Assembly (NCBI GenBank): GCA_002269645.1
Contig: NIVC01000083.1
Coordinates: forward strand, 248,001 to 312,000
DNA length: 64,000 bases
Reading direction: 5' to 3'
Origin: Macrostomum lignano
Lineage: Eukaryota
Numbering within the stretch: the first letter of the stretch is position 1; every line of letters begins with the position of its first letter. Of this stretch, positions 1-11,113 are shown piece by piece. The notes under the pieces were generated by a model. The model searched no databases. It was not told the origin of the DNA and saw only the letters and a list, made by a program, of their open reading frames with translations. The position numbers and the translations under genes are program-made.

Positions 1-2173
1 AGCCGGCCAGTCTGGGACGCAGATGCGGACTCTGTCTAGCGGTGTCCGGCCGCTGCTCCTGGTGGAAGCTCAGACCGGATGCCCGGTCGGCCGGGCCGGT
101 CACAGCGAGACTGCTAGCTTGAAGTTCCAAGCCGTTAGCGGCTCGATCAGTGGCGGAGAGGCGGCCGACAACTCTCAAGCAGGTGTCCGCTGAGACATCG
201 GCGGGCAGGAGCTCGGATGGCGAGACTACAATCTGAGTTGCAAAGGTTTTTATTGGTTATACTATATGTAACTGCAGTACTGTACTACTGTATGCATACA
301 ATTGTACCATTGATTGCGTAGTTACCACTCCTTATCCTTTTGTAACTAACCGCAGCTCCAGTTTCTACTCATAGCTCATGCATACCTAGCCACCTCACTA
401 CTTCTACACTTCACTCACTACCTCTTCACCTCATCACTCACTACTTCTCCACTTCATTCACTACCTCTCCACATCATTCACTACCTCTCTACCTCACTCA
501 CTACTTCTCCACCTCACTCACTACCTGTCTACTCACTCACTTCCTCCCCACCTCACTCACTACCTCCCACCTCACTCACTACCTCCCACCTCACTCACTA
601 CCTCTCAATCTCACTCACTACCTCTCCACCTCACTCACTACCTCTCCACCTCAATCACTACCTCTCCACCTCAATCACTACCTCTCCACCTCACTCATTA
701 CTTCTCCACCTCACTCACTACCTCTTCACCTCACTCACTACCTCTTCACCTCACTCACTACCTTTCCATCTCATTCACTACCTCTCTACCACTACCTCTC
801 TACCTCTCTACCTCACTCTCTACCTCTCACCTCACTCACTACTCTCCACCTCACTCACTACCTCTCCACCTCACTCACTACTCTCCACCTCACTCACTAC
901 CTCTTCACCTCACTCACTATCTCTCCACTTCACTCACTACCTATTCACCTCACTCACTACTTCTCCACCTCACTCACTACCTCTCCACCTCACTCACTAC
1001 CTCTCCACCTCACTCACTACCTCTCCACCTCACTCACTACCTCTCCACCTCACTCACTACCTCTCCACCTCACTCACTACCTCTCCACCTCACTCACTAC
1101 CTTTCCATCTCATTCACTACCTCTCTACCACTACCTCTCTACCTCTCTACCTCACTCTCTACCTCTCACCTCACTCTCTACTCTCCACCTCACTCACTAC
1201 CTCTCCACCTCACTCACTACCTTTCCATCTCATTCACTACCTCTCTACCACTACCTCTCTACCTCTCTACCTCACTCTCTACCTCTCACCTCACTCACTA
1301 CTCTCCACCTCACTCACTACCTCTCCACCTCACTCACTACTCTCCACCTCACTCACTACCTCTTCACCTCACTCACTATCTCTCCACTTCACTCACTACC
1401 TCTTCACCTCACTCACTACTTCTCCACCTCACTCACTACCTCTCCACCTCACTCACTACCTCTCCACCTCACTCACTACCTCTCCACCTCACTCACTACC
1501 TCTCCACCTCACTCACTACCTCTCCACCTCACTCACTATCTCCCACCTCACTCATTACCTGTCTACTCACTCACTTCCTCTACACCTCACTCACTACCTC
1601 TCAATCTCACTCACTACCTCCCACCTCACTCAATACCTGTCCACTCACTCACTTCCTCTCTCATTCACTACCTCTCTCTCACTCACTACCTCTCTCGTTC
1701 CCTACCTCTCTCATTTACTACGAGCTACCTCTTTCATTCACTTTCACTCTTTCGTTCACCATCTCATTCTACTTATTGACTACTTTTATTTCTAAAGTAT
1801 ACCGTATGCATCTTAACTACCAAATCAACCCCATCTTCCAGCATGCTGAATTTATAGATCCCGCATACTAGATAACAAGATTAAGAACTAAACTAACCTG
1901 CAGGGTTTTATGAGTAGTACCATCGCCCAACTCGATGAAGCTAACTTTTTTCTGACGTCTGAGGCTTCGCACCCAGCCTACTAAACTGACTTCACCAGTT
2001 TCTTCGAAGCCTTCTTGAGTGTCCGCTCGATTTTCACCATTAGCCAATTGAGAAGAATGCTCAATAAAAGTCTGCTTCAAGCAGACTCGACGGCTGCTTC
2101 CGCTGAAGCAACGACGCCAAACAATGGCGGCTAACAATGGAGCAGGTTTGAAATGCTGCAAAAGAAAAGACAT
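1..2173 (-). CDS. NARS2: Mitochondrial asparaginyl-tRNA synthetase, 5' part; exons 2173-1898 and 232-1 (continues beyond window start)
   Basis: Exon 1 reads MSFLLQHFKPAPLLAAIVWRRCFSGSSRR (transit-peptide-like) then SLVGWVRSLRRQKKVSFIELGDGTTHKTLQ. Donor GT at 1897, acceptor CAG at 235-233. Exon 2 reads IVVSPSELL...GLELQASSLAVTG...RQSPHLRPR, completing the AsnRS/AspRS OB-fold anticodon-binding domain. Confidence 0.85.
400..1745. repeat. ~20-bp minisatellite (CACTCACTACCTCTCCACCT)n in NARS2 intron 1
   Basis: Tandem units read directly, with a larger duplicated block inside the array. Confidence 0.95.
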
Positions 2174-2223
2174 CAACGCGGGGGAAAAGAGCGATTCGAG
2201 TAATGATGGCGGAAACATTTATA

Positions 2224-2445
2224 GCGGAAGTAGAGGCGTCTAAACCGGAAGTAGAGGCGTCTAAACCGGAAGTAGAGGCGTCTAAACCGGAAGTAGGGGC
2301 GCCTAAACCGGAAGTAGGGACGCGTAAACTAGAAGTAGGGGCGCCTAAACCGGAAGTAGGGGCGCCTAAACCGGAAGTAGGGGCGCCAAAACCGGAAGTA
2401 GGGGCGTCTAAACCGGAAGTAGGGGCGCCTAAACCAGAAGTAGGG
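2224..2445 (+). promoter_or_regulatory. 21-bp tandem array (AAACCGGAAGTAGGGGCGCCT)n with 8 perfect CCGGAAGT ETS-type motifs upstream of NARS2
   Basis: 11 units, 8 with exact CCGGAAGT, starting ~50 bp upstream of the NARS2 ATG. The regulatory role is inferred. Confidence 0.55.
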
Positions 2446-2704
2446 GGTCCTGACTTGCTTCTAGGGAAGATCTGTCTAAAAAGGAACTAATAAAAAAGTT
2501 ATCTTGATCAATTATAGTAAAACGGCAAATAAAATGCGTGAAAAAAATTTGAAATACGCTTGTGACAACCTATTTCTTGTTTTATTTTTGCATTTTTAAC
2601 AGCAGCAATTTAAGCGTTTATACAAAATAAATTAAAACATTAGCGTAATAACACTCAAATGTTGAAACACTTATTAGCACATAATACACTTGACTTGTGC
2701 CATT

Positions 2705-3185
2705 TAAAGTCCATTCCATCCAATTAACAGACTTGATTAACAAAGACTATTCCATCCAATTAACAGGCTTGATTAACAAAGACTATTCCATCCAATCAAC
2801 AGAATTGATTAACAAAGACTATTTCATCCAGTCAACTGACTTGATTAACAAAGACTATTTCATCCAGTCAACTGACTTGATTAACAAAGACTATTCAATC
2901 CAATCAATAGACTTGACTACTTCAATAAAGACCATTCTATTCAGTCAATAGACTTGACTTACAAAGATCATTCATATAATCAATAGACTTGACTACTTCA
3001 ATAAAGACCATTCTATTCATTCAATAGACTTGACTTACAAAGACCATTCATATAATCAAAGACTCGACTAACAAAGACCATCCATCCAATGAATAGACTT
3101 CACTAAAACCATCCATCCAATCAATAGACTTGACTAACAAAGACCATCCATTCAATCAAATGGCTTGATTAACAAAGACCATTGT
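2705..3185. repeat. Degenerate ~33-36-bp minisatellite (TCCATCCAATCAATAGACTTGACTAACAAAGACCA-like) just downstream of the PRMT stop
   Basis: Tandem units read directly. Confidence 0.9.
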
Positions 3186-3216
3186 TTCGAACAAGACACG
3201 ATAAATAGGAGTCAAA

Positions 3217-4470
3217 TTAGGCACAAGAGTCCAACGTGACGGTAAACTTCAACTCTTCACCAGCATCAACATCGTCGAGACTCTCCACCAAGCCATCCTT
3301 GACACCAACTGGCAGCAAAGTAACTTCAATATCTAAATCTCGGCAATTGAGCCGATTCGGACAAAGGCAAACCTGCCCACTTAACCGACTGTCAATGCTA
3401 ACTGGAACGCTGCGCGGCAGCCAAACCAGAGTCTGCTGCCAGTGAGTCGGTTCGCTAAATGGCGACGTACTCAACCGAGTATTGGAACCGGGGAATTCAA
3501 CGTCGAACCATAGACAAAAAGCGTCTAAATTAGCGCACTGAATGGCGTCCAATTGAAATTTGCCGCTAGTGGCTTGCCCGCTAGCCAACTCTGATTTGGT
3601 CAGGCTAGCTAAATTCAAGCAGAACAGAGTGGTTGAATCCGTAATCAGATGACTAGTATCTTCAACCAGAGCAACGGAAGGCCTGGATCGTTTCTGGCGT
3701 TCAATTGCGTCAACTATGGGTGTCATATTGCAGCCGTACAATCTGCCTAGCGAGTCCATGTCCTCATCTAATACAGAAGAATTATCCGCATCAGGCTGGT
3801 CGCCGCAAGTATAGCCGGCAATAAACAGTCGAGCCCGATTTGGAAACATCTGCACTTCAAAACCGTCGTCTATTTCGCGAAGCAATCGATCGCGAGCGTC
3901 CAGCACTGAGCTGAGCATGTTCTCATACAGCAGACAGTAGCCCATCCATTCGCTAACAAGGAACTCGGCCCGGCCACCATCGCAAGGTAGTTCATTAAGC
4001 GACTCAGCTCTGCAGCCAATCACAACAGCTTTGCCTGAATCAAGGTGGCCATTAGCGCGAAGGAATTCCCTAGCTACCGAGCACATGCCCGCAGCCGCCT
4101 CCAGGCCATAGACAACTCTAGCACCGGCCTCGCAAGCGAAATGAGTCAGTATGCCGCTGCCGCAGCCGATGTCTATGCCGCTTCTACGATAGACCAAACG
4201 ATAAGCGCGCATGAGGGCGAGGCGATAAGCTAAAGTTCTAACTCTATCAGCCAGCATAGTAGCGTGAACTTCTAAACACTGATATGAATCAAAATAAGCT
4301 GCATCCTGCTTATCGACTCTATCGCTACAGGTGCCATTAGGATTAGCGTTGACGGTTTCTGATTGGCGTCCAATTGGCGATCGGGAACAGCTTCGTGACT
4401 GCTTAGCAAGCGAAACAGCATGCTGCTGCTTTGGCGCCAATTCAAACGAGGCAATTCTGTCAGCTGTTTC
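3217..4470 (-). CDS. PRMT6: Type I protein arginine methyltransferase, PRMT6-like; one large exon, start codon unresolved
   Basis: Motifs YFDSY..LEVHATMLADRVRTLAYR, DIGCGSG (SAM motif I), VSEWMGYCLLYENML (double-E loop) and STSPFSEPTHWQQ (THW loop). ADRVRT.AYRL best resembles PRMT6. The exon opens at acceptor TTATTTCCAG|GAA (4470) in phase 0 with no ATG before the conserved core. Confidence 0.8.
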   Translation of the reverse strand, partial: ETADRIASFELAPKQQHAVSLAKQSRSCSRSPIGRQSETVNANPNGTCSDRVDKQDAAYFDSYQCLEVHATMLADRVRTLAYRLALMRAYRLVYRRSGIDIGCGSGILTHFACEAGARVVYGLEAAAGMCSVAREFLRANGHLDSGKAVVIGCRAESLNELPCDGGRAEFLVSEWMGYCLLYENMLSSVLDARDRLLREIDDGFEVQMFPNRARLFIAGYTCGDQPDADNSSVLDEDMDSLGRLYGCNMTPIVDAIERQKRSRPSVALVEDTSHLITDSTTLFCLNLASLTKSELASGQATSGKFQLDAIQCANLDAFCLWFDVEFPGSNTRLSTSPFSEPTHWQQTLVWLPRSVPVSIDSRLSGQVCLCPNRLNCRDLDIEVTLLPVGVKDGLVESLDDVDAGEELKFTVTLDSCA

Positions 4471-5384
4471 CTGGAAATAAATAAATTTATAAATTTGTCA
4501 ATATTGTCCCAATTAAAACAACAAAACTGTTTAGATACTACTTACTAAATAGTAGCATTGTAATTTTTTCTAAATAATAGAAATTATTTTCAACTAAACA
4601 ATTACATATAAGTCACATGAGCATTAACCAACGAAGATAAAATAATTTTGGCATTAAGCATTTCAATGATATATTTTCAACATTTATAGTGTTTAAAGCA
4701 ATATTTGACACCTTAGATAACGCAATAAATTACTAAATTAGCAATCACTTAAACACACGGAAAAGAAATACAGTATAATTCAGTTAAAATATTGTAACAA
4801 TAAAAATTAATGAGCACTCAGTCCCTCACTTCATCGCTCACTTGCTCAAAAACTAAAAGATAAGCTTGCATTTTGAAGGGAAGAGGGATAGGGAAGAGGG
4901 AGAGGGAGGAGAGGGAGCAGCGGGAGGGATAGGAGTGAGAGGGAGAGGGAGAAAGAGGGAGAAGGAGAGAGAGGGAGAAACGAGAGAAATGAGAGATATA
5001 GGGAGAGAGGGAAAAGGAGAAAGGGGAGTGAAAGAGGGAGAGTGAGAAGAGAGATAAGGGAGAAAAGAGGAAGAGGTGGGGCAGATTGATGCAGAGGTCA
5101 CAGCCCTATCAGTTCATGGGTAAAAGTCAACATGAACCAGGCTGCCAGAAGTCCACCCAGTCGCGTGAGGATCTAAAATACAACCTATTACAGTTCAGTA
5201 CAGTAAAATGCACTGACCCAGGCAATTGCAAATATAGATGTGAAGAAAATTTAAAACTGTCATAAAACATTCTGATTAAGTTAAAATTGAAGCAATGTGA
5301 AATAGATCACAAAAATTGATGTTTCCTTTGATTTATATATTAATGAAACAAACAATAGCAACAAGAGAAAAATAATTGAATGCC

Positions 5385-5436
5385 CTAATTATTAAGATGA
5401 CGAGGCATTTGTCTAATTACTCCCGCTGTTTACCCG
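5385..5436 (-). other. Degenerate 28S rRNA H69-H71 fragment, copy A (central ~16 nt missing)
   Basis: Minus strand GGGTAAACAGCGGGAGTAA-T-TAGACAAATGCCTCGTCATCT. This is 18/19 plus 20/21 identical to the conserved eukaryotic LSU sequence GGGTAAACGGCGGGAGTAACTATGACTCTCTTAAGGTAGCCAAATGCCTCGTCATCT (recalled consensus). Confidence 0.8.
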
Positions 5437-5529
5437 GTCACACTAGCGCACGGGAGACGAACACGAGTAAACACAAAATACCGACAAAGGTGTGGCCAAT
5501 GCTCAGAAGATAGGGAAGGATTCTGAGTC

Positions 5530-8500
5530 TCAGCTTCTGTGCAGATTGCGGCCAAGAACGCTGCGAACGTCGTTGACGAATCGCAGCGAATCCAGCACAG
5601 GCAGCAGGGCCAGCAGGGCCGTGTCCGAACTGTCCGAAAACCAGGACGATATGGGGATTGCGTTGTCTGAAGGGCAGGCGGGTAGGAAATGGATTAGTCT
5701 GACAATAGTCTGAGAGTTGAGTCTTACAATAGAGGCGTGGAAACGGTAAGACGAACACGGACTAGATGAAAAACTCGAGGACAGGCTTTGAGACAGGCAC
5801 TGAGACAGACACTGAGACAGGCACTGAGACAGACACTAAGACAGGCACTGAGACAGACACTGAGACAGACACTGAGACAGGCACTGAGACAGACACTGAG
5901 ACAGACACTGACACAGGCACTGAGACAGACACTAAGACAGACACTGAGACAGGCACTGAGACAGGCACTGAGACAGACACTGAGACAGGCACTGAGACAG
6001 ACACTGAGACAGGCACTGAGACAGACACTAAGACAGACACTGAGACAGGCACTGAGACAGACACTGAGACAGACACTAAGACAGACACTGAGACAGGCAC
6101 TGAGACAGACACTGAGACAGACACTGAGACTGACACTGACACAGGCACTGAGACAGACACTGAGACAGACACTGAGACAGGCACTGAGACAGGCACTGAG
6201 ACAGGCAGGCACTGAGACAGACACTGACACAGGCACTGAGACAGACACTGAGACAGACACTGAGACAGGCTCTGAGACAGGCACTGAGACAGACACTGAC
6301 AGGCACTGAGACAGACACTGAGACAGACACTGAGACAGACACTGAGACAGACACTGAGACAGACACTGAGACAGACACTGAGACAAGCACTGAGACAGAC
6401 ACTAAAAAAGGCACTGAGAAAGACACTAAAACAGGCAGTGAGACAAGCACTGAGGCAAGCACTGAGACAAGCACTGAGACAAGCACTAAAACAGGCACTG
6501 AGAGAGGCACTGAGACAGGCACTTATACAGACAATAGGACAGACACTAAGACAGACACTGAGACACTCACTAAGAGAGACATTAAGACAGACACTGAGAC
6601 AGATACTGAGACAGGTACTAAGGCAGACAGGCAGGTAGACTCAGACAGACCCACAGCCAGGAGTTCAATAAGCGTCACCAAGCAGCCAAAGGCGCACCTG
6701 GAAAGAGCCGATAAGCCCCAGGTGAGTTGTCCAATATAAACACGGAGCTCAGGTCGGGCGATATAGAGCTCAAACTCTTAGTGAAGCCTCCGTTGTCCAC
6801 CTGGCAGTCCTGTCGATAGTAGCCTCTGCTAAACATCTTTCGCCCGTTATCTAATCGTTGTGAGACGGCCTCCCCGTAGATCTGCAGCGAGGCGGTGAAG
6901 ATCACCAAATCGAACCACTGGCTGACAACGTCCAGAAAGAAGTCAACGTGAGGCCGCTTGCGCACAAAGAAGCGTACATTATGGCGCTCGATTCGGACCT
7001 GGAAAATTAGGTGGGAATATACGGAGCAGACTGAAGCAGATGTAGAATATAGGATGAGATCTGGGATCTAGAATTTGGGATCTGGGATCTGGGATCTAGG
7101 ATCTGGGATCTAGGATCTGGGATCTAGGATCTGGGATCTAGGATCTGGGATCTAGGATCTGGGATCTAGGATCTGGGATCTAGGATCTGGGATCTAGGAT
7201 CTGGGATCTAGGATCTGGGATCTGGGATCTGGGATCTAGGATCTGGGATCTAGGATCTAGGATCTAGGATATGGGATCTAGGATCTGGGATCTAAGATCT
7301 GGGATCTAAGATCTGGGATCTAGGATCTGGGATCTAAGATCTGGGATCTAAGATCTGGGATCTAGGATCTGGGATCTAAGATCTGGGATCTAAGATCTGG
7401 GATCTAGGATCTGGGATCTAGGATCTGGGATCTAGGATCTGGGATCTAGGATCTGGGATCTAAGATCTGGGATCTAGGATCTGGGATCTAGGATCTGGGA
7501 TCTAAGATCTGGGATCTAGGATCTGGGATCTAGTGTTTTAAATCTGAGTTACTCAAGCAGGATTTAGAATCTAGGATCAAGGATCAGCCTTTACTTAGAT
7601 TCAAACTGACCTGCACAGAAAAGTCAAATGGTGGTCGAGATTGAGTCCCCAATTGCACTAGACCGTCATGTTGCGAGTGAATCAGCGTCTCATCCAGATC
7701 TAGCACCAAAATCTTTCGTTTTACTCGACCTGTAAAAAGGGGGTTTTAGGCAATTCCAATTCAATAACATTAAAATAGCTATGAATTTATATAGCAAATC
7801 AATGACAACATACTTAATCGAAGCTTGGAATGTGGAGACAAAGGCGCAATGTCATATCTTATTGTTCTGTACTGTTGAATCTGCAACAAAATAGTTTAAT
7901 ATGTGCCAATTACATCAAATACATTAGTTTTAATGGAAATAAAAATTTTAGTGGACAATATTTGAAGTTTTAGAAAAATGACTTTTTATCATATTTTTTG
8001 GCTGATAATTCATTAATTCAGTCAACCAAGGTTTGCACCTAACTAGCCACTTTAATTGTAAAAGCTATAAATTATAATCAGTAATGGTAATGACCAGTGC
8101 TTTCATTTTAAAAAAGCTTAATATTACTTATCTTAATATTAATTCTTTAATTCTATTTAAAATTGAAATCAGTTATATGCCATTATATAAGACTTAATTA
8201 CTTAATAACCCATGGCCATTTGTGGCTATCAATTTTGATTGTATAAACAAACTATAGATAACAAAATAGATGCTCAATTTAATATGCTATTATGAATAGG
8301 AAGGCAAAAATCAACAATAAATAAATTTAGTTAAGCAATGCATTTTGCACAATCTTCAGGTTTATTTTTGAGCAAAAGAAACAAGTGAGATTGGCAGTAA
8401 ATAAATACAAAATTTTGGGGTGTAAATTAAATCAATATTTGAAGTACATGTTTGTTAGTCCATAAGTTGAGAGGCAAAGTCCAGGGACGGGTTGATAGCA

Positions 8501-11113
8501 ATATAGTTAGAAGTACAGAAAGTACATCAGGATATATAGAAAGTACATACAGAAAGTACATCCATCCATCCATGATGTTATATAAATCAAGTTTATAATC
8601 ACAATAAAAATCAAAGTTTAAAATCACAGTTAAAAATGAGCAAAAGCTAAATTACACAGCATCATCTCTTCAAGTTATGTTACATGCAGCGTGTAAACAA
8701 ACTGCAATAGGCTTCATTTCTATTAAACTAACTTTCTTAGAAATGTTCAAATTCAAAAACTCTATTACTTTGTTTTACTGTACAAATATTATAAATATTC
8801 TGTATATTTCATATATTTTTATGTGTTGTTTTGTTTAAAACAGTAAGAAAACTTTACTATAAAAGGAAGCCAATTGAGGGCCAGGAAAAAATAAAACTTG
8901 TTATGCTTGTTTTGAAATTGTTCTAGTTCAGCTATTCAAAGCCTTTTACTTTGTGTGCGATGAAAGTCAAATCAGCCTCAGGGCTTGTTTTTGCTTGTGT
9001 TACTTATTTTGAGTAGTAAATAGCAACTTAGGAATAGCCCCAAGATTGGGAGAGTTCAATCCATTCTTAGAGAATGAGACATTCAGATTTAGAATCTGAG
9101 AAATTGCCTTTAGAAGGCAGAAATCCTACAACAGGGTAGAGTAATCTAGACTCAGAGTCTATGGAACCCATCTCAGGCAGAATACCCAGCGAGTAAGCTG
9201 TGACCCTCTGATCCCAGGAATGCCTAGGACTGAGAGAATAAAAATTGTTAAGAGGAGTATAAAGATAAGATAGATAGTGCCATAAGACCACTCAGGCCAG
9301 TAGATAAATACATGTGTTACCAATAGATATATACGCTACTAGAAGTATAATATCTATAAAAGTATAAGTATTATATAGGAACTATTAGTATAACTTTAGA
9401 GATTTATTGGAGAGATTTTGATAGAGAAAAGTTAGCCTTGTGACAACTTGGTAGCAGTTTGTAAGATTATATTAGGGATAGAAGTAACCCCTACATCAAC
9501 TTTGGTGGTAGCTTAAGGTAATTTATAGAGTAGGAATTAGAAAAAGTAGCTTTACAATTGTTGGTTGCATCATTGGGATTGTTTTAGAGGATAGAAGTGA
9601 CACCTGTAATAAAACTATAATAATTTTTCCCTTTGCTTTGAACTTCTGCAACTAAATTATATACAAATTAGTTAACTACACATTTAATACATTTAATGTT
9701 ATGCAATCATGCTAAAAACAATTAACATACCTACCACTAAATAGTCATTTTGTCTGCTGGCAAACAAACTGACAAAAGACAAAATGACTGCATCCCAAAA
9801 TTTTTCAAATACATGCCTTCTTCTTAACTATCTATGGTATATAAATAAGAATTAGTTGGAATTCTATATGGGTATTTCTACAAAAATGGGACAATAGGAA
9901 AATTAAGCTTAACAGTTTTTTAAATAAAGATTTTTGAAGGTAACCTGCAATATACATACCCAATACCCCTTTAACCTATCTGAACTAGATGGGTAAAATG
10001 GCTGCCAGCCAAGGTAAGCTGCAAAATTGAAAATGAAAAGTTGGAAGAAATAAAGAAGAGGAAAAGAATGGGAAAAGAATGGAGGGACAAGAGAGGGAGA
10101 GAGAGGAAAGAAGAGAGAGAAAGAGAGAGAAGAAAAGAGAAAAAGGCAAGAAGTCATATACAAAGTGAAAATTAAGTCACAATCTGGGGAACTAAGTGAC
10201 AATCAACAGGAACTAAGTTGCAAATCTGGATGAAAGTAAGTTGCACCAGACAGATGAAATCTTGAGGTTGGGCATGTATGACCTGTAATTAAATACTAAA
10301 ATCATGTTTTTAGATGAAACCATTAAGGTTTTTACACAAAAGTAACACTCTAATTAGAAAAGTATATGAGAACAAACTCTAAAATGCTTTAAAGTTGTGT
10401 AACCCGGCAATCTTATGGATGTCCACCCTTATAAATTTACTTTTTTGAATAACTTTTTGAATAAATACTTTTTTTAGACACATTTTTTATCTTTTTAACT
10501 TGTATGGTATTCAACATTGTTTGAGAACATTTATAACTATTCAACAATTTAGTGCTTTACTATAAAGCTTTTTTATGCTTTTTTGGGTATCATGATTGCT
10601 GTTATATTTTTTATATTGGTCTAATAAAGTTTTGCAATACTTTTTTTCTTCATGTTTAATATAGACACTATTTTTATAAAGCAGCTATATACTTTATAGT
10701 AAATTTCAAAAGGCTTGCTTGCATATAAAGTTTGCACTTAAAGTTTGGGCCCTACAACTTTCAAAAGAAAAATTTGAAACTTTCTAGGGCCTACTAGATT
10801 TATCATTGATCATTGAAATTCAAAATATAATTTTAGTATAGTATAGTCCCAAGGTAGATTGGCTATAAGCTTTTGTCTTAGTTATTTAAAAAAGTCTGTT
10901 TAGCTTTGGGCTTAGGCTAGAAAATAACTAGAAAATTCACCTATTTAGTAAATTAAATAAATATATCATTATACATAGACTTACTTGATGGCATTGCTTT
11001 TTCATAAACAGTGAGCTGAAGCTACAGATTTTCGAGAAAATAGTTAATATGAAACGCATTGACGATAGTATTCTCATCTGCATCCACCAAAACTTATTGT
11101 GTTTCATGCCCAT
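5530..11113 (-). CDS. CTDNEP1: CTD nuclear envelope phosphatase 1 (Dullard); exons 11113-10985, 7880-7814, 7729-7611, 6998-6698, 5666-5530 (250 aa)
   Basis: All introns are GT-AG and in frame. Motifs [32 protein letters not shown] (DxDxT), [24 protein letters not shown] and [43 protein letters not shown]. Confidence 0.95.
5778..6650. repeat. 12-bp minisatellite (GAGACAGACACT/GAGACAGGCACT)n in CTDNEP1 intron 4
   Basis: Tandem units read directly; source of several spurious ORFs. Confidence 0.95.
7064..7532. repeat. 7/14-bp repeat (GGATCTAGGATCTG)n in CTDNEP1 intron 3
   Basis: Tandem units read directly. Confidence 0.95.

Noticed and set aside
2203-2490. 95-aa ORF of EVGAPKP repeats
   Set aside because: It is the translation of the 21-bp array, overlapping the NARS2 upstream region, with no domain similarity.
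5724-6638. Several long overlapping ORFs ([20 protein letters not shown])
   Set aside because: All come from a 12-bp intronic repeat that lacks stops in several frames.
9040-9610. Stop-riddled segment in CTDNEP1 intron 1 with a faint resemblance to a decayed reverse transcriptase
   Set aside because: No diagnostic motif could be recovered by eye; it needs a TBLASTX or HMM search.
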